DNA of 64,000 nt. It comes from Macrostomum lignano. Its lineage: Eukaryota. Location: the NCBI GenBank assembly GCA_002269645.1, contig NIVC01000877.1:104803-168802 (forward strand), written 5' to 3'. The position numbers and the translations under genes were made by a program. The notes under the pieces are model-generated. The model was given only the letters and a program-made list of their open reading frames with translations, searched no databases and had not been told where the DNA came from. Of this stretch, positions 1-10,882 are shown one piece after another. Within the stretch, counting starts at the first letter, position 1, and the number at the start of each line of letters is the position of its first letter.

Positions 1-1724
1 CCTGGTAAGCAGCTGGAAATGCAAGACGTCGAAGAAAATGGAGATCAGCAGACCCCTTCAGCTGAAGCTCCGGTTCCGGTGAGTGCACAATTTCGCTTCC
101 ATCTCATAGTTTGTCGCATATCTAAAAACTAAAACAACTAGAGATGGGCCACCCGCTATCTCTACACAAAAGTGCTCGGACTCGGATCATTGGAAGTCCA
201 GGAGGGGAAATTACTCTTCAAAATACTGACTTCAAAGGGCCTGTCAACTTAAGCTCATAAAGTGGAGTCCGAGTAACCTATGTACACAATATGTACACAA
301 ATAATACGTCATTCTACTCACAGTGACACCAGAAAGCTGGGTTTGGAAAAGAGTGACAAAAATGGACCTGGGATAGGAGAGCACAAGCAAGAGGATAAGT
401 AGAGACTCCACATTATAAGCTTAAGTTTACATAATAGTACCTAATTATCATCTTGCATTACTTTGAAGTCACTGTCACTCCAGCCCGCAGCACCTGGCAA
501 TGGCAAGCAGCCCAGTCTTGTGGCTGCGGATTTGCATGACGCCACTTTCGAGTGCCTCGAGACAGCTGTTGGGGAAATTCGGCGTCTTGGCAAGGAAGGT
601 AAATCAACTCTGAGCAATATTTACCTGTGATCCTTGATGACCTTTGTCTGTGGCATGCGCACCTGCTTGTCTATCCGTATTAGTCCTTGGTCTGATGCAA
701 AAATAATCGTTAAACCCTACAGTTTTCAGAGAATCGGAGGGGAATTACCCTTACCTCCACCGGGTCATAGTTTTACTGCTGCTCTGTGACCAGCTGCCAT
801 CGCTAAAGCGTTGGCTGCCGAATCGGTTGGTTCAGTTCTGCGATTCGGAAAAGCAGCGTTGCGAATATGAGCCAGGGAGTCTGACTGACTCCGAGCCTGT
901 GCACTTCTGCTTTCTACCAAGGCACACGAAGATTGTTGGCAAGCTGTGGGCTCTGTTGAAGGGAAATAAGACCACGTCATTTAGCGCCGTTACTGACGCG
1001 ATTAAGTGAGTTGTATGCCCTGTTGCAATATATAAACAATTTTTCTAATACCCTTCACTTCAAATTAAAAAACAGACTCTAAAGCAATTGGTAAAAGTTT
1101 TTTGAGCAAGCATTTTCTTAGCTTTATTCCTTCTGACTATTCATGAAACTTTATTTATGAATAGACAACCAAAGCACTACTTGGATTCTGAAATTCTTTA
1201 GGAGGCAGGCGTTACCGAAAGAATAAATTACGATATGTTTTGCCTTTCTTATAGGTCTGTTGATAGTCGATGACTATGACTTTATGAATACATTCATTCC
1301 GGGGATTCTCTAACAGGTCGTGCCTGAGCAGCTCATCAAAAAGTAGCGACCCGGCCTTCCAGTCTGTGGAGGCGGCTACCCGTCACAAGAAAAAGCTATT
1401 GTATCGCCTGGGTCCGAAGGGCTTGAAGGAATTGCGCACCGCCTACGATCACTGTTGTCCCGGGTGAGTGCCCGCCCGGCTGACTGACCGGCTGGCCGGT
1501 GGCTTGTGCAATTCTCGCCCATTTGAGAGCCAACCCCCAAAGCACAGTTGGTGTGCACGAGCTGTACTCCCTGTGTGAGCGTGTGTGTCTGCTCAGGGAT
1601 CAGCGGAATGGGCGTTTCTCTCTGACTGCGTGTTGATTGTCGCCTTTATTTGCCCAAAAACTCCCTCAGACCGGCGGGCCCAGAGAATGACGACAGCTTT
1701 GCCGCCCAGTGCCCGCCTTCAAGA

Positions 1725-2385
1725 GGAGAGAGAGAAGAAAGAGGAGGGAGAGGAGAGAGAGGAGAGAGAGAAGGGAGAGGAGGGAGAGAAGAGAGAGGAG
1801 GGAGAGAAGAGAGGAGGGAGAGAAGAGAGAGAAGAGGAGAGAGAGGAGAGAGAGGAGGGAGAGGAGAGAGAGGAGAGAGAGAAGGGAGAGGAGGGAGAGA
1901 AGAGAGAGGAGGGAGAGAAGAGAGGAGGGAGAGAAGAGAGAGAAGAGGAGAGAGAGGAGGGAGAGGAGAGAGAGGAGAGAGAGAAGAGAGAGGAGGGAGA
2001 GAAGAGAGGAGGGAGAGAAGAGAGAGAAGAGGAGAGAGAGGAGGGAGAGGAGAGAGAGGAGAGAGAGGAGGGAGAGGAGAGAGAGAAGGGAGAGGAGGGA
2101 GAGAAGAGAGAGGAGGGAGAGAAGAGAGGAGGGAGAGAAGAGAGAGAAGAGAAGGGAGAGGAGAGAGAGGAGGGAGAGGAGAGAGAGAAGAGAGAGGAGA
2201 GAGAGAAGGGAGAGGAGGGAGAGGAGAGAGAGGAGGGAGAGGAGAGAGAGAAGAGAAGGGAGAGGAGAGAGAGGAGGGAGAGGAGAGAGAGAAGAGAGAG
2301 GAGAGAGAGAAGGGAGAGGAGGGAGAGAAGAGAGAGGAGGGAGAGAAGAGAGAGGAGGGAGAGAAGAGAGGAGGAAGAGGAGGCA
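1725..2385. repeat. GA-rich low-complexity tandem repeat (GAGAGAGGAGG-type)
   Basis: Purine-only repeat, directly visible. It produces the E/R/G-rich and S/L/P-rich ORFs in the track. Confidence 0.95.
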
Positions 2386-2691
2386 AGAATCGACAAAAGC
2401 GAAAGCGAGCCCCGTCGCAAATGTCGTGCGACTCTGTCTCAGGCGACGTGGACATGAGGGACGTAGAAAATGGAGATGGACTGACCTCTTCTGCTGGAGC
2501 TGCAGTAAAGGTAAGTGGCATAAGTGGACAATTTTTGCTTCTATCTCATAGGGCCGCAGATCTTAAAATTAAAACAGCATTTAGATGGGCCACCCGCTAT
2601 CTATGCAGTGCCAGCCAGCAGGTGCCAAACACAACCTGGTTTCACCTGATCCTGGGAACAGATTCCTTATGTCGTTAATGGATTTTAAATT

Positions 2692-3666
2692 TTGCGTCTC
2701 TTACTACTAGCGTTACAGAATCATTCAGAATCATTCAAACATTATAAAAACTTCTTGACACTAAATTTTAAACACAAAAAGGATAAAAACAAAAGCTTTA
2801 CCTTAATAAACGCCTATATACCCCCACTGTCTTCAAAATATTATGAAGAAGAAAATTGGGAACAGTTAACAATTCTCCTGGATGCTTACCACTCCGAAGA
2901 AAACATCTTCCTTATTGGAGACTTCAATGCTCATATATACAATACCTCGTACATAGATTTAAATTCAATATATACCACCAGAGCAAAAAACATCTCACTT
3001 ACTAGACAAAGCCAAGACAAGAAAACCTGCAAAAATGGTAGACTACTTAACCAGATTGCTGACTCATACAACCTGCATCTAATCAATGGTAGATCATTAT
3101 CAGACACAAATGGTGAATTCACCTTTCTCTCAAAATCTGGTTCCTCTGTTATAGATCTCTGTTTCGTCTCTACCAGCTTACTCCAACACCTTGAAGACTT
3201 TAAAGTAAAGAACCACACCTACTTTAGCGACCACAACCAAATAGTGCTCTCCCTATCAAGTGAATTCACAGAGGAAATCACAGAAACTAAACAAGCAACC
3301 AATAACTCGAAAACGAGATACAGAGTCCTAAAAAAGTCACATAAACCCAACCTGCAACAAGAAAAACATATCAATAACTTCGCAAATGACCTGAAAAACA
3401 TGAATGACAAAATCACAAATCTAGACATACAAAACCCAGCTTTTATAAATGAATTAAGTAGAAAAGTTAGACAAATTCAAAACAACATCACAGTAGAGAT
3501 AAAGAACCCACTATGCTCAACACTGCCTCGCTTCCTTAAAGATTTAAGAAACGCTGCTAGACATGCCTGCAGAAGATATAAAACCTTCCCTACTCCCAAC
3601 AACCTCTCAAGCAAAGTACAACTCAAAAAAAGCATACGAAAAAAAGCTCACTTCATGGAAATTTGA
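2692..3666 (+). CDS. LINE ORF2 N-terminal part: AP endonuclease (5' truncated)
   Basis: Motifs FTLINAYIPP, FLIGDFNAH, FTFLSKSGSSVIDLCFVS, SDHNQI. Frame break in the A7 run at about 3625-3631. Confidence 0.85.
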   Translation: MRLLLLALQNHSESFKHYKNFLTLNFKHKKDKNKSFTLINAYIPPLSSKYYEEENWEQLTILLDAYHSEENIFLIGDFNAHIYNTSYIDLNSIYTTRAKNISLTRQSQDKKTCKNGRLLNQIADSYNLHLINGRSLSDTNGEFTFLSKSGSSVIDLCFVSTSLLQHLEDFKVKNHTYFSDHNQIVLSLSSEFTEEITETKQATNNSKTRYRVLKKSHKPNLQQEKHINNFANDLKNMNDKITNLDIQNPAFINELSRKVRQIQNNITVEIKNPLCSTLPRFLKDLRNAARHACRRYKTFPTPNNLSSKVQLKKSIRKKAHFMEI

Positions 3667-5818
3667 AACAACTCTCTGTGCAGACAACATGATCAACCAA
3701 GCCTTTATTCAAAACGATACAAAACAACTTTGGAACTTATTAAAAACACCAAATCCCTCAAACAACAGAGTAACAATTGATGAAAAATTTATCATACACT
3801 TTCAAAATCTTGTAACTGAACAAGACAGCAGCATTAGACTTTCATACAATCTTCACCTTGACAACCCTATTCTGGCTGATTTAGAGGATTTCAATGCCCC
3901 ATTCACCAAAGAAGAAGTTATAAAACATATTAAAAAGCTCAAAACTGACAAAGCACCTGGGCACGATAAAGTATATGTAGAAACACTCAAATACCTCGAG
4001 AACGAACTTGCTGACCTCCTATGCTCACTTTTCAACGAAGCACTCAAACAAGGAACCTTCCCAACTAGTTGGATAACAAATACACTTCATCCGATTTATA
4101 AAAACAAAGGCAGCAGTGCCGACCCCAACAATTACAGAGGAATCTGCATTCAACCAATTCTTGGCAAGCTCTTTTGCCAAATTATTAAATCCAGACTCGA
4201 AAACCTAGCATACGCAAACAATCTTATATCAAAATACCAATACGGTTTCAAGCCCAATCACAGCACAATCGACCAATGTTTTAATCTTTACAACATTATA
4301 AACCAATCCATCTACAACAAAGAAGAACTCTTTATTGGATTTGTTGACTATGAAAAAGCCTTCGATAGCTTAAATCAACCGACCCTCTGGCACAAAACGG
4401 ATAACCAGGGTATTAAAGGTCAAATGACGGAACTTATCAAGAACATGCATAAAAATGCCTGCTTCATTCTAAAAAATGATGATGATGATGATGAAACCCA
4501 GCCAATCCCAATATCAAAAGCTGTTCTTCAAGGCAACCCTCTCTCTACCATCCTTTTTGAACTATATATTGACGACATTGTTGAATATCTTGAACTCTCT
4601 AGCGCTAGGCGCTCTCTTACGAGATCTGCTTTCCCACTCATCCTACTCTTTGCAGACGATCAAGCCATTCTAGCTAAAAACAAAGACGAACTTCAAGACA
4701 CATTTACGACTATGGAAAATTACTGCAAACAAAATTACTTGAAAGTAAATGCAAGCAAAACAAAGTTCATGCAGGGCAATACCAGACAAAAAAACGACGC
4801 AGAAAGCATTGCTACAAAAATATACTACGACAACCAAGAAATAGAGGAAGTAAATGAATTTAAATACCTGGGAATTATTTTTGAACCAAAAAACAGCTTT
4901 AAAAAATGTATTGAACACCAAACTAAGCAGGGATATACAGCCATGTTTTCCCTACTCCATAGGGTAAAGAATACGTCCCTAGACATCACACTCATTCGCA
5001 GACTATTTGACGCGCTTGTTACCCCCGTTATCACTTACGGTTGTGAGCTCTGGGGCCCTCTGGCTACCATGTCTGATACAAAAGCTATTGATAATATTCA
5101 GCTGAAGTTCTACAAATATCTCCTCAATCTACTAAAATTTGCTAGCAACAGTGTGATATCATCAGAACTTGAGCTTACTCCAATCTCTCAACGAATCGCT
5201 AAAACCTACCTTATCTACTGGCTGAAGATTAGACACAAAAAACTCTGCCAAACGACTCTAGAAATTTTCTACTCAAACACCAGCCAAAAAAATCCATGGA
5301 AAACAAATGTACTAAAGAAACTGGAAAGTATAGACTTAAAAGCACTAACTGAAGATAAACTTTCCCAAAGCTTTAATAACGAGAAATACCTAGTGAAAAA
5401 GCACCTCAAGATACACAGAGAAAGAGAACTTAGCCAAAAGCTAGAGAATCAGCAACATATTAAACTCTACAAAAACGCCTATCTCTACAAAAAAATCTGC
5501 AGGCCCGACCTTTCAGATTACTTTCCATGCACTTTTAGAAACAAAAAATTCTTAACAACCCTCCTAAAACTGAAATGCGAAATTACACCCAACATTTTCT
5601 CTCATGAAGCATGTAGACTGTGTGGAGCGAGAAATGGTTCCGATATCCTACACTACTTGACCGAATGTCCTCAAACTGAAAAGATCAGAAAAAAATACTT
5701 CTGTCAGTACCTCTTAAATGACAAGCAAGTACACAAGTTAGGATATGCTACAAATGAAAAAAGAGTCAGAAAAGAGCTCACTGGTGTAGCTAAAATATAT
5801 GAAGTCATGAATAGCTAA
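3563..5818 (+). CDS. LINE ORF2 C-terminal part: reverse transcriptase plus CCHC zinc knuckle
   Basis: KAPGHD, NYRGI, QYGFK, FVDYEKAFDS, VLQGNPLS, LFADD, FKYLGI, YGCELWG, CRLC-x8-H-x4-C. Confidence 0.92.
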   Translation: MPAEDIKPSLLPTTSQAKYNSKKAYEKKLTSWKFETTLCADNMINQAFIQNDTKQLWNLLKTPNPSNNRVTIDEKFIIHFQNLVTEQDSSIRLSYNLHLDNPILADLEDFNAPFTKEEVIKHIKKLKTDKAPGHDKVYVETLKYLENELADLLCSLFNEALKQGTFPTSWITNTLHPIYKNKGSSADPNNYRGICIQPILGKLFCQIIKSRLENLAYANNLISKYQYGFKPNHSTIDQCFNLYNIINQSIYNKEELFIGFVDYEKAFDSLNQPTLWHKTDNQGIKGQMTELIKNMHKNACFILKNDDDDDETQPIPISKAVLQGNPLSTILFELYIDDIVEYLELSSARRSLTRSAFPLILLFADDQAILAKNKDELQDTFTTMENYCKQNYLKVNASKTKFMQGNTRQKNDAESIATKIYYDNQEIEEVNEFKYLGIIFEPKNSFKKCIEHQTKQGYTAMFSLLHRVKNTSLDITLIRRLFDALVTPVITYGCELWGPLATMSDTKAIDNIQLKFYKYLLNLLKFASNSVISSELELTPISQRIAKTYLIYWLKIRHKKLCQTTLEIFYSNTSQKNPWKTNVLKKLESIDLKALTEDKLSQSFNNEKYLVKKHLKIHRERELSQKLENQQHIKLYKNAYLYKKICRPDLSDYFPCTFRNKKFLTTLLKLKCEITPNIFSHEACRLCGARNGSDILHYLTECPQTEKIRKKYFCQYLLNDKQVHKLGYATNEKRVRKELTGVAKIYEVMNS

Positions 5819-6639
5819 AACAGTTATGCAAACTGAAACAGACATATCAGCAGTGAAATAAATCCGCTTTTCTTTTGTTTATTCATTTACTGCCTTTTTA
5901 ATTTCCTATTTAATTAGCATTTAATTAATATTTAATTAGTTTCCTATCTAATACCTATTTAAATCGTCGCTATTCGTTTAACGTAAATTTCTTTCGAAGT
6001 TCGTTTTTGTTCATTTTTCGTTCGTTTTTCACGCTTTGAAATATTGCGCGCTTGCAAAATACTATATCTTTTTACAAAAAACGCTCTTTCAAATACCTTA
6101 ATAATTTTACAAATATCGTAACTCGCATCGTAACTCGTGTAAAAATTTAACCTTTTGAACAAATTTAACCTTTTGAACTTAATCGTAATTAAACAACTAA
6201 TGCTAAAATAACTTAAATACACAGAAATATACTGGCCAAACAGGCTTCTTGCCTGAGCCAACTTACTACTACTACTACTTAGCGGCCCTTGCAATAAATA
6301 ATAAATAAGTCAGTGGCTCGTAATAGCAAATTATTTGCACAGTGCTTTTATCACTTTGAAGTCACTGTCACTCCAGCCCGCAGCGCCTGGCGAGCAGCAG
6401 CAAGCTGTGCTCAGTGTTGTGACTGCGCATTTGCCTGTCGCCGCTTTCAAGCACACCGAGAGAGCTGTTGAGATTCAGCGTCCTGACGATGATCTCTTCC
6501 GTCACGGGTGAGTGCCCGCCTGACTGACAGGCTTACGCTTAACAGCTATCGCGTCTGAAACTTCAACCAACCCCCAAGGCACAGTTTGTGTGCATGCCTG
6601 ACAATAAGAAAGCCGGGACTGCTGTGCACCCTGTGTGAG

Positions 6640-7372
6640 CATGTGCCTGCCTGCTCAGGGGACAGCGGAATGTGCCTGCCTGCTCAGGGGACAGCGGAAT
6701 GTGCCTGCCTGCTCAGGGGACAGCGGAATGTGCCTGCCTGCTCAGGGGACAGCGGAATGTGCCTGCCTGCTCAGGGGACAGCGGAATGTGCCTGCCTGCT
6801 CAGGGGACAGCGGAATGTGCCTGCCTGCTCAGGGGACAGCGGAATGTGCCTGCCTGCTCAGGGGACAGCGGAATGTGCCTGACTGCTCAGGGGACAGCGG
6901 AATGTGCCTGCCTGCTCAGGGGACAGCGGAATGTGCCTGCCTGCTCAGGGGACAGCGGAATGTGCCTGCCTGCTCAGGGGACAGCGGAATGTGCCTGCCT
7001 GCTCAGGACAGCGGAATGTGCCTGCCTGCTCAGGGGACAGCGGAATGTGCCTGCCTGCTCAGGGGACAGCGGAATGTGCCTGCCTGCTCAGGGGACAGCG
7101 GAATGTGCCTGCCTGCTCAGGACAGCGGAATGTGCCTGACTGCTCAGGGGACAGCGGAATGTGCCTGCCTGCCTGCTCAGGACAGCGGAATGTGCCTGCC
7201 TGCTCAGGGGACAGCGGAATGTGCCTGACTGCTCAGGGGACAGCGGAATGTGCCTGCCTGCTCAGGGGACAGCGGAATGTGCCTGCCTGCTCAGGACAGC
7301 GGAATGTGCCTGCCTGCTCAGGGGACAGCGGAATGTGCCTGACTGCTCAGGGGACAGCGGAATGGGCCTGCC
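6640..7372. repeat. 29-bp minisatellite (GTGCCTGCCTGCTCAGGGGACAGCGGAAT)n
   Basis: About 25 near-identical units, some with a 2-bp deletion (CAGGAC). Confidence 0.95.
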
Positions 7373-8253
7373 TGCTCGCTTCCTCTCTAGCTGCGGGACT
7401 CCTGCAAACTAACTATGGAATGGTGCCAGTTATTAACGAATTAATGACCTCGATATTTTATTAGACACAAGTTAAAAAACGGCAAGTTAAAAGCATAAAG
7501 ATCCACGAAAATGAAATAAGGGATTAAGAGTGCCGGGCCCCGGCCTTGGATTGCGACAATTTAGGAATAGAACTGGGGCTTTTGTGCCAATCTTAGTGTC
7601 TAAGAGAAAAGAAAAAAACTGTTTAACAGAAAAGTGGGCCTTTATCAAAGGGAAAGAGACGAAAACTAAAACCAACTGATTCATTACGCCAGACCCGAGA
7701 ACGAAGCGCTACTGCTGCCGCCTCCTGTCAAGAAGCTAAAATCTGGCGCCGTGAATACGGTCTCGGACCGGCCGGGCACCTGAAGTGATTCATTTTGGCC
7801 CTGAAAGCTTCAATCCAGTTTGAATGTATTTCCAACCAATGAACGCGCTCCAACTAGCAAAAGTTGAGGACACGACCTCAACCTCAACCAATGAAAAGTA
7901 GTTATGTACCACCCAATGCGATCAAGACCGAAAAGTACTATAAAAACCTATGTCAACCAAGCAAGAAGCTCGCTCCCTCTCTTTGCCTCCCTTCGCCTCC
8001 TTTTTTGCCCTCTTTTTGCCTGTCTCGCCTTCGCCTCTATTAGCTTCTGTCAGCTATCTAAGAATTACTTTTGATTGAAACAGTTTGGGTCTCAACCCAA
8101 ATACCAAAGCTAATAACTTGACCCACTGAAATTGAATTGACAAACAACCCTTTCTCCACAATAGACTGAACCTTCGGTTCACCCAAACAACCAGAACCCA
8201 CTATAACTTGAATTGAACGAGCTCCTTGTTTGGAATACCATCTGTAGACATTA

Positions 8254-8368
8254 AGGTCGTACTATAAAGCTGTCGTAGCGTAAGTTCGATCGTATGTCGG
8301 AACTTTTACACTGCGGAGATAGGATCTGAGAACGATCTTATCTTACGATGGCTTTATAGAACGGGCCC
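8254..8368. mobile_element. Small MITE-like inverted-repeat element (PIF/Harbinger-like?)
   Basis: Imperfect inverted repeat: GGTCGTACTATAAAGCTGTCGTA vs the reverse complement of TACGATGGCTTTATAGAACGGGCCC. TTA lies at or near both flanks. Confidence 0.4.
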
Positions 8369-8965
8369 ATTATATTTTGTAAGATAACATCTCGAGATTG
8401 TGACCATCAACTACGAGCGTACAACGGTCTGTAAGTTACCATCAAGTGTTTGCCTCATCAGGAAAACTCAGTTGAATCCGCCGCCTCAGTTATTTGGCTC
8501 TCACATTGATACTCGAAGTAGACATAGAGCCACAGTGAGAGTGAGAGTGAGAGACCACACAAACAACAGCATATATTTGAAATAATTCACACCCGACCGT
8601 TGTAATCAGTTGCAGACTGTCTTTCTGCTTTTTAGTGTAAGGGCATTTGACATTTTGATAACAAAATATTCTCGTTTGATTGTTTGCTGACATTTCCCCA
8701 AAATCTAAGAGTTTTATGAAGTTTTTAAACTAAAAAAAAACTGGCAAGGCGAAGGCCAGCAGCCTTTCTAAAATTGTTACTAAAATTGTTCTGTCAGTTG
8801 TTACTTAAGAGTATTTGATATTAGATAAAATGTGATTGAATTGTAAAAAAAAATTGTAAAATTTTTGTCAAATCCTCCATCACAGTTTGAGGGCATTTAT
8901 TGAATTTTTTTATTAGAGGACTAGTGATCTCTGTTGGTGTTATAATAGAGGATTATTGGTCTATG

Positions 8966-9981
8966 TGATGTAACCGCCCTTGTCGCCTGTCCGCTCCGTA
9001 GAGAGACGAACGCATGACTAGAGGGGGCAATGACCGTAGGCTGCCTATGACCGGGCAATGGCCTGACGTACCTCCAGCACCAGACTGTCCCGCCCACATG
9101 ATTGATAGCTTTGGTAGCGCTTTGTGACCAGAGGGCCAAGGGCCCACATGGACCCCATCTGTAGCCAAGGTGCAATAGTTGGTCACTCGGTCATAGTATG
9201 ACCGAGTGGCTGCCACCACTCTATGTGACCTGGCGCACCTGGATCTTTCTACCAGACCTCTCGAGGCTAGAGCCCCGCCTGGGATCGTTACCAGGAGATT
9301 TAGGCTAACAGGGGAGACACATGCAGCCGAGTACAGGGACTCTGCTTGGGGCATGATCGGGAACTCTGGGCTCAATCTGGAGGATTTCTCAGCAGGGGAT
9401 CCTTTGTGGCTGTGAGCGAGGCTAACTTGCGACTTTGATTACTAAGAGTAGTATGAGACGAACATGTACTGTCTATAGGTTAGATTGCTCAGGGCGAAGG
9501 GACGCGTCAGCATGGGGTTGCAACCTTCCTACTGCCATTCTGTGCCAAGACTCGCTAATCCCCTCTACTGCCCGCACACACGGCCCCGCAGCACGCACTC
9601 ACAGGCGGGCTGTGCACGGGGAGAGGCCATTAGCTTACCCAACTTCCTTATGCTTTGCCACCCCGGGAGAAAGGCTTAGCAAGCCATGAGTGAAATGATG
9701 GTGAAAGAGTGAATAATGATGGGGTTAGTTAATAGTTAATATTTAGGCCCTTAGGCAAAGAATCAGGCAATTAGGCGGCTTCACTATTGAATAAAATACA
9801 GCAGAAAGTTACGGTATCACAATTGACTCAGCTCTCTAATCAGACAATGGAAAATAGGCAAACCCCGGATAAGCAAAGGCAATTAGAGCACAAATTAGTA
9901 ATAGGAACTTACCGGCAGCTGCACAGAGAGAGAGAGAGAGACGGGGTGACCGAGGGCGGCTGTAGGCTGCAGTCAGGCAGA
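8966..9981 (-). mobile_element. Left part of a TG...CA element (probable Gypsy-type solo LTR, about 2.2 kb) split by the Polinton
   Basis: Starts TGATGTAACC (8966), the exact inverted copy of GGTTACATCA (27924-27933). TATG flanks both ends (8962-8965 and 27934-27937), a 4-bp TSD. Confidence 0.7.
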
Positions 9982-10085
9982 AATAGTATACGTTTTTTTG
10001 ACACAAAGCCGATTTCCTTATGGCGAAATACATAGTAAGTACAGGCCCAAAAAATGGCAGAGTCTGAAATTTGCCGTGCACGCAA
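9982..10085 (+). repeat. Left terminal inverted repeat
   Basis: About 100 bp matching the reverse complement of about 26640-26742, with only a few substitutions or indels. Confidence 0.95.
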
Positions 10086-10318
10086 ACTAGCTTTTACGCA
10101 ATGAATTAACCAATTAGCTGAATCACTTTTACGCAAACACCTGTCTATCCACCTAAATTCTATCCGCAATGAATGCTGCTAATTACAAGCCCAACCAAAA
10201 TTCAATTTGACACAAAGCTTATTTCGCGTATAACTTAACGCATTTAAATTCTTCTTTTCAAGCAGTATTGTATATTTCAACTAGATACAAACACAATTTG
10301 ACGCACAAATTAGCGAGT

Positions 10319-10882
10319 CTACAAATATTGAGGCAGCACTCGTAAAACAAAATTGCGTAATTTACCATACAAGTATCGAAACGAACCAGTGCGAATTATA
10401 TTCCGTTTAAAAACGCTTCTAATAAAACACTCTAGGTTTCCTCTGGTAGTCAACTTATGAAAAATATAAAAAATTACCCAAAATCCACAACTTCCACTCT
10501 GTGGGTCTTGGATAGCAAAGCGACTATAACACCAATTTTTCGAATTTTCACATTCTTTTCCTAGCCATTTTGCTATTCTTGGCAATGGTAGTAGACCAAG
10601 AGAATCAAAATATTCACCAAGTCGTTTGCTACCGCGACCTGCTCGATGACCATAAACCCAAACGCATACCCAATGTTTTCCGGGCAGGTTGGAGACGTCA
10701 GTATTAACGATAAAAAAATAGTCTTTACCGTCTAAAGGTAAGCGTCTAAGTCCACCAACAAAGTTTTGAGGAAAAACACCAAGAAATACAACATTTAAAA
10801 AATGTGCGCACAATTTCGATACAACATTGCGAAGGAAGCGATCTGTTACACCACGATCTAGGATAGAATCAATTACTTCCAT
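10319..10882 (-). CDS. Adenain-like (Ulp1/adenoviral-type) cysteine maturation protease
   Basis: NTDVSNLPGKHW (His), YFDSLG (Asp), QDPQSGSCG (Gln, Cys): intact catalytic set in the order typical of Polinton proteases. Confidence 0.92.
   Translation of the reverse strand: MEVIDSILDRGVTDRFLRNVVSKLCAHFLNVVFLGVFPQNFVGGLRRLPLDGKDYFFIVNTDVSNLPGKHWVCVWVYGHRAGRGSKRLGEYFDSLGLLPLPRIAKWLGKECENSKNWCYSRFAIQDPQSGSCGFWVIFYIFHKLTTRGNLECFIRSVFKRNIIRTGSFRYLYGKLRNFVLRVLPQYL

Larger units (their letters stand above)
2692..6308 (+). mobile_element. 5'-truncated non-LTR retrotransposon (APE-RT LINE, RTE/RTEX-like)
   Basis: C-terminal half of an AP endonuclease (NAYIPP, IGDFNAH, SVIDL, SDHN) followed by RT and a C-terminal CCHC knuckle. 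AT-rich 3' UTR ends in (ACT)n and AATAAATAATAAATAA tracts at about 6265-6308. The N-terminal endonuclease motifs and ORF1 are absent. Clade assignment is tentative. Confidence 0.9.
19..6510 (+). other. Duplicated short exon-like modules of an unidentified host gene (A-B-C unit present twice, second copy interrupted by the LINE)
   Basis: Homologous blocks: about 30-160 vs 2462-2605, about 462-600 vs 6355-6510, about 1455-1615 vs 6505-6665. They carry GT(A/G)AGT-like donors. The B blocks keep an open frame after a CAG acceptor (PAAPGNGKQPSLVAADLHDATF vs PAAPGEQQQAVLSVVTAHLPVAAF). Confidence 0.35.

Noticed and set aside
1585-2678. Long overlapping E/R-rich and S/L/P-rich ORFs in all frames
   Set aside because: Produced by a purine-only repeat that lacks stop codons. 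One frame might be exonic, but there is no independent support.
3620-3650. Programmed ribosomal frameshift in the LINE
   Set aside because: The break lies inside ORF2 (between endonuclease and RT), where LINEs are continuous. A homopolymer indel is the simpler explanation.
6586-7464. Cys-rich metallothionein-like ORFs
   Set aside because: Translations of the 29-bp minisatellite cycling through frames.
7597-8250. Possible second solo LTR (TGTCTA...TAGACA, three CCAAT boxes, TATAAAA near 7938, TGGCGCC PBS-like word)
   Set aside because: Flanks TTAG/TTAA do not form an exact TSD and the inverted match is only 6 bp. Suggestive but not supportable.
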